Counted from the first letter of the stretch, positions 37,306-46,624 are shown. The stretch is DNA of 55,620 nt from Candidatus Micrarchaeota archaeon (GCA_018813505.1 JAHJBM010000011.1:1-55620); one strand, 5' to 3'. Numbers and translations: made by a program. Notes: generated from the sequence alone by a model not told the origin.

Positions 37306-38527
37306 TTATGACGTTTCAGGCAAGAAAGTTCTTGTTAGGGTTGATTTTAATTGTCCTGTTGAAAATGGAATGATCTCCGGTGATACCCGTATACGGGCAC
37401 ATGCAAAAACAATCAAAGAACTGAGCGATCGCGGGGCGAAAGTCATTGTCCTTTCGCATCAGGGCAGAGTTGGGCGAGATGATTTTTTAAATTTGGAACA
37501 ACATGCCAAAGCATTACACCGTGTCCTTGGGAAAGATGTTCTATTTGTTGATGATATTGTTGGCAACAATGCCCAACATGCAATTTCGAAATTGAAAAAT
37601 GGGGAAATACTTGTTCTTGACAATGTTCGTTTGCTCAAGTGCGAAATCGAACATCCTGACGGTGATGGCGAAATCGTATATCATCTTTCAAAGATAACTG
37701 ACTATTTTGTACTTGATGCTCTTTCTGTTGCACACCGGAACCATTCAAGTGTGGTTGGTTTTTGCAGAAAAATGCCCTGTTTTGTCGGTGATATCATGGC
37801 TGCTGAGATAGATGCCGTTGACAAAGTGCGTCATGGTACTGATGTGACATTCATTCTTGGCGGTTCAAAAGTTGATGATTCATTCAAGATAATGAGTACC
37901 TGGCTTTCCAATGGTAAGGCCAAAGAGGTTCTTGTTGGTGGTGCACTTGCAGTATTGTTATTGCGTGCAAACGGATACAATGTTGGAGAATCGGAAAACT
38001 ATTTAAAAAATTCAAATCTTTCGGATAAAATACCAAAAGCAAAGGAACTGCTCGACAAATTCGATGGTAAGATCGTTCTTCCGATTGATGTTGGTCTTTC
38101 TATACGGACAGAAAATCCTACAGATGGGAGCTCAATTATCACAAGGGAAGATGTTCTAATTTCAAACATAAACAAAGGGCAGATATGGGATGTGGGTGAT
38201 GCCACAATCAAAAAATGCCATGATATAATAAACAACTCACATTACATTGTTATGAATGGGCCACTTGGCGTATATGAGATCGATGATTTTGCAAGAGGGA
38301 CAAAAAAGATTCTCGAATCAATAGCAAACTGCGATGCATTTTCCTTGATTGGTGGCGGGCATACAATAACTGCTATTGATAAGTTCGGTATAAATTCGAA
38401 TCATTTTAGTTATGTGAGTCTCTCGGGTAAAGCGCTTATAAAATATATATGTGGCGAAGAACTTTGTGGTATCACGGCTCTTGAAGAAAACGAAAAGAAG
38501 TTTCCTATCTACAAATCAAATAAGTAA
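37289..38527 (+). CDS. pgk: Phosphoglycerate kinase
   Basis: VLVRVDFNCPV, LSHQGR, and the C-terminal GGGHT motif. ATG at 37289 (MRKIADYD) overlaps the topA 3' end by 17 nt. Confidence 0.92.
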   Translation: MRKIADYDVSGKKVLVRVDFNCPVENGMISGDTRIRAHAKTIKELSDRGAKVIVLSHQGRVGRDDFLNLEQHAKALHRVLGKDVLFVDDIVGNNAQHAISKLKNGEILVLDNVRLLKCEIEHPDGDGEIVYHLSKITDYFVLDALSVAHRNHSSVVGFCRKMPCFVGDIMAAEIDAVDKVRHGTDVTFILGGSKVDDSFKIMSTWLSNGKAKEVLVGGALAVLLLRANGYNVGESENYLKNSNLSDKIPKAKELLDKFDGKIVLPIDVGLSIRTENPTDGSSIITREDVLISNINKGQIWDVGDATIKKCHDIINNSHYIVMNGPLGVYEIDDFARGTKKILESIANCDAFSLIGGGHTITAIDKFGINSNHFSYVSLSGKALIKYICGEELCGITALEENEKKFPIYKSNK

Positions 38528-38632
38528 TGAAATTATCCCTACTACATCTTTTTCTTCGAGGTTGAGTGTGGAACATTTATATATGCTCATGTGTTACACT
38601 CTTAAGTTTTCATTAATGTACTGGTGATTCTC

Positions 38633-39745
38633 ATGTCTCTTGACAAATCTCTTGTTGATAATCTAAGAAAGACCAATGGTTCTGGCAAAGTCATACTATC
38701 ACTGGAACAAAAAGGTTTTTGCGTTTCACTATTTGGGGATGGTACTACTACTGAAAGAGAGTTTCGTGATCCGGAAGAGCTTCTCAGTCTCATAAAACCT
38801 TCCTCGGTTTCATGGATAGATTACATTGTCGATGACCTAGCAAGGGATGCTCCGAATGTGGTTGCTTCATTGGGATTTGGCCCTCAAATCGCAGAAAGCC
38901 TGCTCAAAGGCCAGTCTCAGAGTGGTTACGAAGATTTTGACATTGAGATGGGCCTTCTTGTGCCTGTCATATACGCAAAAGGTTTTGAGGTTACCATTCA
39001 GCATCTTCTTGTACTTCTCAAGCGCGATGTCGTAGTTACAATCCATACCACTGAAGCTACTCGTTTCTTTAGGCTAAGGCGTTACGGAAAAATATTCATG
39101 AAGAAAATATCACGCAAAAAAACAAAGCGTGATAAGATAACTCATATTCTAATTCGGCTTCTTGATGAAAATAACAGCAGAAACTTTGACTCACTGCGTG
39201 GTATAGAGAAATGTGCTGATGTTGTGAGCGAGAAACTATCTAATTCAGAAACCCCACGAGATGAAATAGGGAAAGAAATTCATGCAATGAAACACGCACT
39301 TATGGTTTATCTTAATGGATTATGGCAGACTATTGATGTGCTGAACACATTGCGTTATGGCGATCCGGAATTGCTCAGCGATAACAGGAGGCTTCTTGAG
39401 CGCATAGGTTCGCTTGTAATAGAAACAAATTATCAGGTGGAGCTTGCAGAGCACATGAGTCAGGTGCTTGCCAGCGGGCTTGAAGTGATGCAGAGTATCT
39501 ACAATAACCAACTCCAGATCCTGAACAATAAGCTTGCGCTTATAGTTACCTATCTTACGGTGCTTGGTACTGCGGTTCTGGTTCCAAATACCATTGCCAC
39601 TATTTTTGGCGTGCCATTTTGGTCTTTTGGTCCAGAATTTGTCAATACCTATCTGGTAATTATCGTTGCTTCTACAATACTCTCAATTGTCATTTCATAT
39701 GGCTGGGTAAAAAGTACTGGACTACTGCCAAAAAGGGCAGATTGA
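38633..39745 (+). CDS. CorA-like divalent cation transporter with GVP in place of the GMN signature
   Basis: The cytoplasmic alpha/beta plus long-helix domain and two C-terminal TM helices follow the CorA pattern. The loop motif reads IFGVPFW (GVP at 39608-39616) where CorA has YGMNF. Confidence 0.65.
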   Translation: MSLDKSLVDNLRKTNGSGKVILSLEQKGFCVSLFGDGTTTEREFRDPEELLSLIKPSSVSWIDYIVDDLARDAPNVVASLGFGPQIAESLLKGQSQSGYEDFDIEMGLLVPVIYAKGFEVTIQHLLVLLKRDVVVTIHTTEATRFFRLRRYGKIFMKKISRKKTKRDKITHILIRLLDENNSRNFDSLRGIEKCADVVSEKLSNSETPRDEIGKEIHAMKHALMVYLNGLWQTIDVLNTLRYGDPELLSDNRRLLERIGSLVIETNYQVELAEHMSQVLASGLEVMQSIYNNQLQILNNKLALIVTYLTVLGTAVLVPNTIATIFGVPFWSFGPEFVNTYLVIIVASTILSIVISYGWVKSTGLLPKRAD

Positions 39746-39763
39746 TTTTATTTTGGGATCTCA

Positions 39764-41032
39764 ATGTCAATTCTAATAAAAGATGCAACTATCATTACAC
39801 AAAATAATTCTCGTGATCAACTTCAGGCAGACATATTCATAGATGGCAATATAATTTCCAAAATCGGAAAAAATCTCAATGACAAATCAGATGAGACAAT
39901 TGATGCGGGTGGAAAGATTGCAATTCCCGGACTTGTCAACACTCATGCCCATGTTGCGATGACCTTATTTCGCAGTTATGCGGATGATCTACCACTTAAT
40001 CAATGGCTTGAACAGAAAATTTGGCCTGCAGAAGCAAAACAAACCAGCAAAGATGTTGAAATCTCATCAAAACTGGCATTTTGCGAGATGATACGTGGTG
40101 GTACAACTTCATTTGTTGAAATGTGCATACATGATACGAAACCAATATTCAAGGCTGCCAATGAAATCGGCATGCGTGGCATCATTGCCCAGGCTGCTCT
40201 TGATTTTGGTGATCATTCAAAGTCAAAAGATGTCATGAACAAGATAAAACCAACTGCTGATTATGCAGTTGGAAACATAAACGCCTCAATTGCTGCCCAT
40301 GCGCCTAACACCTGTTCAGAAGAACTTTTAATAAAGACAAAAGAACTGGCAGATCAGAAACACTTGCTTTATCAGATCCACGTAAGTGAAACGCGGCAGG
40401 AGGTTTTTGACATACTAAAAACCAAAGGTAAATACCCGGTCGAATATCTGGACTCAATAGGCATTGCTGATAAAAATTCTATTTTTATCCATTGTGGTTG
40501 GCTTACTAAGCACGAGATCTCTCTTCTTGGAAATAATTCAGTAACTGTTTCATCATGTCCTGTAAGTAATCTCAAGCTTGCCACTGGTGGAATCGCGCAG
40601 CTTACTGAATTGGACAAATCTGGTGCTTTGGTTACTTTAGGTACTGACAGTGCGGCTAGCAACAATTCTTTGAGTATGTTTGAATCAATGAAGTTTGCCG
40701 GGTTATTACAAAGGCACCATTATTGGAAGTCTGATGTTATTACAGCTCAGAAAATTTTTGATTTTGCTACTATCAATGGGGCAAAGGCACTTGGAATAAA
40801 TGGCGGTTCCATAGAAGCTGGAAAACTTGCAGATATTGTTCTTCTTGAACCTGGGTCGAATCTGCGTCCCAGAAATGACCTATTGGCACATCTGGTATAT
40901 TCCGGAGGCCCTCAAAATGTTTCTGATGTTATTATCGACGGTAAAATTGTCCTTAGGAATCGGAAAATGCAGACAATTGATGAAGAAAAGCTTTATTCTG
41001 AAGTTGAATCAATGGTATCACTTAAGGAGTAG
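39764..41032 (+). CDS. mtaD: 5'-methylthioadenosine/S-adenosylhomocysteine deaminase-type amidohydrolase
   Basis: IPGLVNTHAHVAMTLFRSYADDLPLNQWL, HVSET, and GTDSAASNN are typical of the MtaD/DadD/guanine-deaminase-like subgroup. Confidence 0.82.
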   Translation: MSILIKDATIITQNNSRDQLQADIFIDGNIISKIGKNLNDKSDETIDAGGKIAIPGLVNTHAHVAMTLFRSYADDLPLNQWLEQKIWPAEAKQTSKDVEISSKLAFCEMIRGGTTSFVEMCIHDTKPIFKAANEIGMRGIIAQAALDFGDHSKSKDVMNKIKPTADYAVGNINASIAAHAPNTCSEELLIKTKELADQKHLLYQIHVSETRQEVFDILKTKGKYPVEYLDSIGIADKNSIFIHCGWLTKHEISLLGNNSVTVSSCPVSNLKLATGGIAQLTELDKSGALVTLGTDSAASNNSLSMFESMKFAGLLQRHHYWKSDVITAQKIFDFATINGAKALGINGGSIEAGKLADIVLLEPGSNLRPRNDLLAHLVYSGGPQNVSDVIIDGKIVLRNRKMQTIDEEKLYSEVESMVSLKE

Positions 41033-41047
41033 TGTTTGATTCCATCT

Positions 41048-42085
41048 TCAGTAAATGGTTGCAAATTCTGAACATATCATATCGTTAGCAAGTACCTCTT
41101 CCAATGCCCGTCTCATCTCACCTGCCGTTTGGAACCTATCTTTTGGGTCTAGTTGAGTCGCTTGTATGACTATATTTCTGACTTCTTTCGGGGTTTGTCC
41201 GCTACGGATAATATGATGCATACTCTTAGGTTCCGGGTTTCCGGTTGGTTGCTGTCTTCTGGTAAGTGCCTCGAACAAAACCACACCAAGCGAATAGATA
41301 TCTACTCTGTGATCACACCATGGCATATGCCTTATATTCTCCTTTAATGTTTCTGGTGCGTTGTACCAATGTGTTGTAGGTCCCACATTCCTAAAATCGA
41401 GCTCGCCTGGAGATAATATTATGCTCCTGTCAAAATCAAAAAGTACTGCACGTATATGATCTTCATTTATTGGTTGCAATAGCATAATATTTCTTGTTTT
41501 TACATCACGATGCACAATCCCTGATCTGTGGATGGCTGCAATTGCATCACATATCTGTGTAACTGCTTTAATTTTAGCGAGTTTTGATATCAATCTATTC
41601 TCTATAGTCGCGTGAAATGTCTCTCCTTCAAGGTACTGAAGAACTAAGAATTGGCGGGTTCTGTTAACCAACTCCCCGCGTTTATTTTCTATTTCTACTG
41701 TATATCCTCCTGAATCCATGAGGGGTATAATGTGCCGATGGGGTGATTGTCCAACTGTCGTAAGAGCATTGCGTTCAAGTTCCACATAATCAAAATCACA
41801 TATCCAAGGATTGCCTAATTTTAATACTACTGGGTTACCACTTTCATCTGCACCAAGAAAAATGTGGCACGCGTGGTCTTCATTAGCGATAATTTTAGCC
41901 AGTGGATAATATCTTATGCTGTTGTTGGAAGTTAAGTAGTCTGGGAAAGAATGATATACAAATGCACCTTCTTTTCTAGCCTCTTCTAGAAGCGGCATCA
42001 TTATTTCTGATATTGGTAGTTCCTTTCTTTTCAATATATGGAGCCACGGCATTAGTCGTTGTTTATACATACCACATATATTCAT
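41048..42085 (-). CDS. Eukaryotic-like Ser/Thr protein kinase
   Basis: Catalytic loop HRDVKTRNIML, DFD (a DFG variant), and APE. An N-terminal extension of about 80 aa is of unknown function. Confidence 0.8.
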   Translation of the reverse strand: MNICGMYKQRLMPWLHILKRKELPISEIMMPLLEEARKEGAFVYHSFPDYLTSNNSIRYYPLAKIIANEDHACHIFLGADESGNPVVLKLGNPWICDFDYVELERNALTTVGQSPHRHIIPLMDSGGYTVEIENKRGELVNRTRQFLVLQYLEGETFHATIENRLISKLAKIKAVTQICDAIAAIHRSGIVHRDVKTRNIMLLQPINEDHIRAVLFDFDRSIILSPGELDFRNVGPTTHWYNAPETLKENIRHMPWCDHRVDIYSLGVVLFEALTRRQQPTGNPEPKSMHHIIRSGQTPKEVRNIVIQATQLDPKDRFQTAGEMRRALEEVLANDMICSEFATIY

Positions 42086-42135
42086 ATATCACTACAAATT
42101 AAAACATATCGTTTTATATCGTAAAGATAGAAAAG

Positions 42136-42143
42136 TTTATAAA
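42136..42143 (+). promoter_or_regulatory. Candidate TATA box (TTTATAAA) with purine-rich BRE upstream of tfb
   Basis: AAAAGTTTATAAATCC lies 64-71 nt upstream of the ATG, and a GGGAGAG Shine-Dalgarno-like element lies 7-13 nt before the ATG. Position only; there are no transcript data. Confidence 0.3.
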
Positions 42144-42206
42144 TCCCAACTATCATAAAATTATAGTAATTCTTAAAAACTTTACTATAATGCGGGAGAG
42201 ATTTTA

Positions 42207-43121
42207 ATGGGAGCTACAACTACAAAATGTCCAGAATGTGGAAGCAAACGAATTATTCGTGATTATGAAAAGGGCGAGTTGCTCTGTGGTAGCTGCGGTC
42301 TGGTAATCGCAGATAACATTCATGATATGGGTCCTGAATGGCGTGCATTTGATGCAGAACAAAAAGAAAAGAAAGCCCGTGGTGGTGCGCCAATCAAGTA
42401 TATGAGGCCGAACAAAGGACTTGTAACCGAGATCGATCAATATAATCGTGATATTCGTGGCGGTAAGATCAGTCCAAAAAAGCAGGCACAACTCTATAGG
42501 ATGAGGAAATGGCACAAGCGGGTTTCCATTGCAACTTCTATGGAGCGTAATCTAGTTATTGCACTTGCAGAGCTTGATCGTGTGGCATCTGCACTTGGTC
42601 TTCCGGAAAACATCAAGGAAAGTGCTGCGCTTCTTTATAGGAGGGCAGTAAAAGAAGAGCTTATTCGTGGAAGGCTTATTGAAAGCGTAGTTGCTGCGGT
42701 TATTTATGCTATTTGCAGATTACAGGGAATTCCAAGAACTCTTGATGAGATTGCAAGGTCATCTGGAATTGAGAAGAAGGAAATTGGCAGGGCATACAGA
42801 TTCTTGAAATGCGAACTCAAAATCGATGTTCCTCTTACTGATCCAGCACAATATGTGCCTAAATTCGCAACTGCACTTAAACTCGGTGTTGAAGTGCAGG
42901 ATGAGGCAGTAAAGCTTATCAAGAAAGCTTTGAGAAAAGGTTTGATTTCAGGAAGAGGTCCGACTGGTGTTGCTGCAGCTGCACTTTATATTGCGAGTGC
43001 GATGCATGGCGAAAAGAAAACACAGAAGGAAGTCGCTGATGTTGCCGGTGTGACTGAAGTCACTATCAGAAACAGATACCGGGAATTGAAAAAAGAGCTT
43101 GGGCTTAAGGTCAATCTCTAG
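42207..43121 (+). CDS. tfb: Transcription initiation factor IIB (TFB)
   Basis: N-terminal zinc ribbon CPECGS...CGSCG, B-reader/linker, and two cyclin-fold repeats (RGRLIESVVAAVIYAICR, GRGPTGVAAAALYIAS). Confidence 0.95.
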   Translation: MGATTTKCPECGSKRIIRDYEKGELLCGSCGLVIADNIHDMGPEWRAFDAEQKEKKARGGAPIKYMRPNKGLVTEIDQYNRDIRGGKISPKKQAQLYRMRKWHKRVSIATSMERNLVIALAELDRVASALGLPENIKESAALLYRRAVKEELIRGRLIESVVAAVIYAICRLQGIPRTLDEIARSSGIEKKEIGRAYRFLKCELKIDVPLTDPAQYVPKFATALKLGVEVQDEAVKLIKKALRKGLISGRGPTGVAAAALYIASAMHGEKKTQKEVADVAGVTEVTIRNRYRELKKELGLKVNL

Positions 43122-43142
43122 ATTTTTCTCTTTTATTTCTTA

Positions 43143-44723
43143 TCAATTTTTGAAATCATCTTCAGAAACACCCAAAGAAATCAATGCCCCTCTCGCTTCT
43201 TTGTGCCCAGTTTTATTTTTGACAATAGCACCCACTAATTCTCGCAGTGCGTGTTCACTCGTTTCATCATATATCTCAGGATCGCTTGCTACCAGGGCAA
43301 GTTGCGTTGCCCCTTCCTTTCTTGTCGATATTGACTTTTCATCATCACCACGGCTATTAAGCATTTTAACCACCGCTCTTATCCTCCTTTTATCAGTCAA
43401 CCCTTTTTCAGTTGCAACTATTTTAAGCCGTTCTATATCATTCGTAACAAGGCTCAAAGTATCAGTTTGATACGGTCTGGAAGCTCCTGTTAGCAGTGGT
43501 TCTCCATTCTGTTGCAATAATTCAAGAAGTCCTTCCCGATTTTGTCTTCTTAATCTCAAGCAGCTATTATTATCATCATATATATGCGGTCTTAATTCAT
43601 TGCATGTTCGTTTAATTTTTCCAACATGTGTCTTGATCCAAGCATGTATTTCGCTAAAATTATGAATATATAATATCGGTACTATTGTTGCTCCCCATCC
43701 TTTATTTTTCTTTATATTCAATACTCCTATCTGTACTCCAATTGGTGATTCTGGTTCATTTCCGTCTCCTAAATCTGTGTAATTAATAATGCCTATTGAA
43801 ATCCCCTTTATTGATGCAAATAAATTAAATGGCGCTACTGCAATTCCTTCCATAGTACCAGCAATATTCAAAAGTGCTGAAATTGAAAGACCTGCGAGTT
43901 TTTTAGATATGTTTCCGAGTATCCCAATTGCTATTCCAGTTATCCTATTTGCTACATAGTTTCCCAATCCACCTATAAAAACTCCCTTCCCGTGGCCATC
44001 ACTGATCCAGTTTCCGATGCCACCTATAAAAATTCCATTGCCATCTCCTTCAATTGCGTTTTCCCCACAGGTAATTGCAGCTCCATTTATCTTCCCTAAA
44101 GAATTCCAAATGCCAGAAACTGCAATGCCATTAAATTGATCTGTAGTTCTATTGGTTATTCCTGCAATTGAGATGGCATTTGTGGTCTCTGCAACATTTG
44201 TTATACCAGCTATCTGAATTCCTGCAGTTGAGTTATTAACATTGCAAACACCAGCTAACGAGAGACTGAATGCAGTACTTGCAACATTTGTTATACCTGA
44301 TATACTGATTCCATATGCAGATTCATTAACATTGCAAACACCAGCTAAAGAGAGGCCGCGTGTAGTATCTATCACATTTACGATACCTCCTATTGATACG
44401 CCTGCAGCTTCTTTGCACGAATTAGCAATTGCAGCAGTTGATACGCCTGTCACATCATATTTGTTGGAAATCATAGTTACTCCAAATCTTATTTTTGCTT
44501 CCTTCGGTGGAAAAAATCCGAATGAAACTGGGGGGATGTCCATTGCGGTAGTTACTATTGAGGTAGTCGGAGGTAATAACCAACACATAGTCTTCGTTTC
44601 TTTCAAATGTCTAAATAAACGCGTTTTGCGTGTTCCAAGTCGATTCTGTGCATCATCGGTTCTTTCTATAGCGGTTTGTTGTAATTTAGCTGATCTCATA
44701 TACCCACCAAATATAAAAATCAT
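43143..44723 (-). CDS. Repeat protein: about 15 tandem G-x-x-(I/L)-x-G-(I/V)-x-N units (predicted beta-solenoid) plus helical C-terminal domain
   Basis: Units such as GISISGITNVAS, GIQIAGITNVAE, AISIAGITNRTT, GIFIGGIGNWIS, GVFIGGLGNYVA and GVQIGVLNIKKN recur with a 16-19-aa period. The last roughly 170 aa are helical. The start is uncertain (44723 or 44699). Confidence 0.6.
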   Translation of the reverse strand: MIFIFGGYMRSAKLQQTAIERTDDAQNRLGTRKTRLFRHLKETKTMCWLLPPTTSIVTTAMDIPPVSFGFFPPKEAKIRFGVTMISNKYDVTGVSTAAIANSCKEAAGVSIGGIVNVIDTTRGLSLAGVCNVNESAYGISISGITNVASTAFSLSLAGVCNVNNSTAGIQIAGITNVAETTNAISIAGITNRTTDQFNGIAVSGIWNSLGKINGAAITCGENAIEGDGNGIFIGGIGNWISDGHGKGVFIGGLGNYVANRITGIAIGILGNISKKLAGLSISALLNIAGTMEGIAVAPFNLFASIKGISIGIINYTDLGDGNEPESPIGVQIGVLNIKKNKGWGATIVPILYIHNFSEIHAWIKTHVGKIKRTCNELRPHIYDDNNSCLRLRRQNREGLLELLQQNGEPLLTGASRPYQTDTLSLVTNDIERLKIVATEKGLTDKRRIRAVVKMLNSRGDDEKSISTRKEGATQLALVASDPEIYDETSEHALRELVGAIVKNKTGHKEARGALISLGVSEDDFKN

Positions 44724-44946
44724 ATTAGTGGTATTGATTTATAAAACGTGTTAATCTCTGTCTTAAAACGGTTTGTTAATTTTTATCTTTTTTTTCCAAT
44801 CTAAATTTTCACCACATCCTCATCGTGGGTGATTTTACTCGGTGCAATATTAGTAACTTGGTTAACTATTTATCAAATGTTTGGACTACTTATCATACCG
44901 TGATGAATGTTCGACAGACTGAGGACTAGTTGTAATGACCTGTTCT

Positions 44947-45133
44947 ATGATGACAAAAACACATCTGACACTTACAAAAGAAAACCTCAGGAAGTTTCCT
45001 GAAGGTTTAACATCGGAATTGCTGGCTGAAAGCTTCATGATGACAAAAACACATCTGACACTTACAAAAGAAAACCTCAGGAAGTTTCCTGAAGGTTTAA
45101 CATCGGAATTGCTGGCTGAAAGCTTCATGATGA
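44947..45133. repeat. Perfect 90-bp tandem direct repeat, 2.08 copies
   Basis: Unit ATGATGACAAAAACACATCTGACACTTACAAAAGAAAACCTCAGGAAGTTTCCTGAAGGTTTAACATCGGAATTGCTGGCTGAAAGCTTC occupies 44947-45036 and 45037-45126, followed by 7 nt of a third copy. Each unit carries the dyad TCAGGAA-gt-TTCCTGA (44987-45002, 45077-45092). Confidence 0.95.
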
Positions 45134-45185
45134 TAATTCTAATGGAGCATTTCCAATTTTCTCGAGTTTTTTCCAACTTTGTTTT

Positions 45186-45360
45186 CAGTACTCAAAATCT
45201 ACTTGAACTATCGTTCAAGTCTTCCGAGTTCTTCCTTACTTCATTAGTCAGTACTCAAGATCTTCATCATTGAAGCTTTTAGGAAAAGCTTCACCAAAAC
45301 TAGTTTTTGATGACCAATTGAAGCGAGCTTCAATGGTGCGTTGAACTTTAAACAGTTCAA
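45186..45360. repeat. Cluster of short hairpins/palindromes built on TTGAA(G/C)/(G/C)TTCAA words
   Basis: ACTTGAAC-tatc-GTTCAAGT (45201-45220), CTTCA-tcat-TGAAG (45262-45275), GAAGCTTTT-agg-AAAAGCTTC (45272-45292), TTGAAGC-ga-GCTTCAA (45318-45333) and TTGAAC-n8-GTTCAA (45341-45360). CAGTACTCAA occurs twice (45186, 45249). Confidence 0.8.
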
Positions 45361-45523
45361 TCGCAAACTTTTTCCCAAAAGTTTCTCAGAGGTATTGCAT
45401 TATCATCACAGTTATACCTAACATAAGTAAGTGCTTAAATATTTGCCTAGGGAAACCATTTTTGAAGTAAATTACATCACGCGCTTGCGAAAGCTTATTA
45501 TTCATTATCATCGTTCTATCATT

Positions 45524-45988
45524 ATGCCTCCCAAGCATAAGAATGCGAACAGCCAGTCAAAACTAAAAAAAGTGCGTGATTCAGCATCAGCTAGCGATCT
45601 AAGATATACACAAGGTCGTATGAAAACAAAAGGGAGTTGGTTTAGCATTATTTTCTGCTCATTTTTAGCAATCTTTTTCCTATGGATGCAAATGGGTATG
45701 ACATTTGGTCATTATTTATCGTGGTTATTCAGATCACCCAGTATCTTTTCATATATGGGCCTTGCTATCATAATTGCCCATGCAACGGCATTTCTAGCTA
45801 CTTTAATTGCAGGGTTTGTTTTCAATGTACTATCAAAAGCAGCTGGTTCATATAAAGAGAATTCAACCCTTCTAAAAATTGATATTTTCGTAGATCAGTT
45901 GCTTTGGTGGGTAATCCCATTCTTTCTGTTTACCTGGTTTCTTATACACATAATTTTTGTTGATTGTGTATCCCAAAGTTGTATATAA
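45524..45988 (+). CDS. Small integral membrane protein (hypothetical)
   Basis: Basic N-terminus (MPPKHKNANSQSKLKK) followed by 3-4 TM helices. ATG at 45524 is preferred to the GTG at 45431, which lies inside the repeat-rich non-coding region. Confidence 0.5.
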   Translation: MPPKHKNANSQSKLKKVRDSASASDLRYTQGRMKTKGSWFSIIFCSFLAIFFLWMQMGMTFGHYLSWLFRSPSIFSYMGLAIIIAHATAFLATLIAGFVFNVLSKAAGSYKENSTLLKIDIFVDQLLWWVIPFFLFTWFLIHIIFVDCVSQSCI

Positions 45989-46084
45989 AATGAAAAAGAA
46001 CCAGAAATTCAAGATTGAAAACTGGCAACTCGAAACCCACAAGTTAACCAGTAAGATTTAATACATTAGTTCCCAATACTGATC

Positions 46085-46603
46085 ATGCGTAGGGGGATCG
46101 CATGTTTGTGTCTCGGACTGGTTTTGGGGTTTGCGTTTTGTTATCTTATTCTTAATTTTATCTCTACCCCATCAATTGAACCTGTTTTTTCTCCTGACAG
46201 TGGCAATAAGATAATCTCTTTGATAGATTCCGCACAATCCTCAATAGATATCGAAATGTATGTATTTACCTCGCGTGATGTGGTTGAAGCATTATGGCGT
46301 GCAAAGAGCAGAGGTGTCAAAACAAGAATAATAATAGAGCGCAATACCATGGGTGGTGAAAACAGTGCCATACACAATGAACTTGCTGCCAAGGGGTTCA
46401 ATATAAGATATGCAAGCACACAATACAAATTAACTCATGCAAAAATCATGATAATAGACGGCAAATTCGTGTTAGTTGGTTCGCACAATTTCAGCAATTC
46501 CGCACTCTATGAAAATCGTGAGGCATCTGTGATAATCTCAGATGACATAATAATCAGACAATTCTTAGACGTCTTTGAAACAGATTGGCAAATTGCAAAC
46601 TAA
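46085..46603 (+). CDS. Secreted or membrane-anchored phospholipase D-family nuclease (Nuc-like, single HKD)
   Basis: N-terminal hydrophobic signal or anchor. The HKD motif is HAKIMIIDGKFVLVGSHNFS (H-x-K-x4-D-x6-G-S-x-N). The 172-aa size matches Nuc-type endonucleases. Confidence 0.8.
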   Translation: MRRGIACLCLGLVLGFAFCYLILNFISTPSIEPVFSPDSGNKIISLIDSAQSSIDIEMYVFTSRDVVEALWRAKSRGVKTRIIIERNTMGGENSAIHNELAAKGFNIRYASTQYKLTHAKIMIIDGKFVLVGSHNFSNSALYENREASVIISDDIIIRQFLDVFETDWQIAN

Positions 46604-46624
46604 TCTCCAAAAAGCTTTAGGCAT

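Noticed and set aside
44242-44754. 170-aa plus-strand ORF antisense to the beta-solenoid repeat gene. Similar long antisense ORFs occur at 14179-14640, 32613-33098, 24585-25016, 20501-20920, 8366-8662 and 9372-9785.
   Set aside because: Each lies entirely within a longer ORF on the other strand that has clear family motifs. Their low-complexity composition is typical of shadow frames.
44947-45133. CRISPR array
   Set aside because: The 90-bp units are directly adjacent with no unique spacers, there are only about 2 copies, and no cas genes are in the window.
44886-45273. ORFs of 96 aa (minus strand) and 112 aa (plus strand) spanning the 90-bp tandem repeat
   Set aside because: Both are open only because the stop-free 90-bp unit is duplicated; the translated sequence simply repeats. 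They overlap each other on opposite strands and have no start context. I treat the locus as non-coding.
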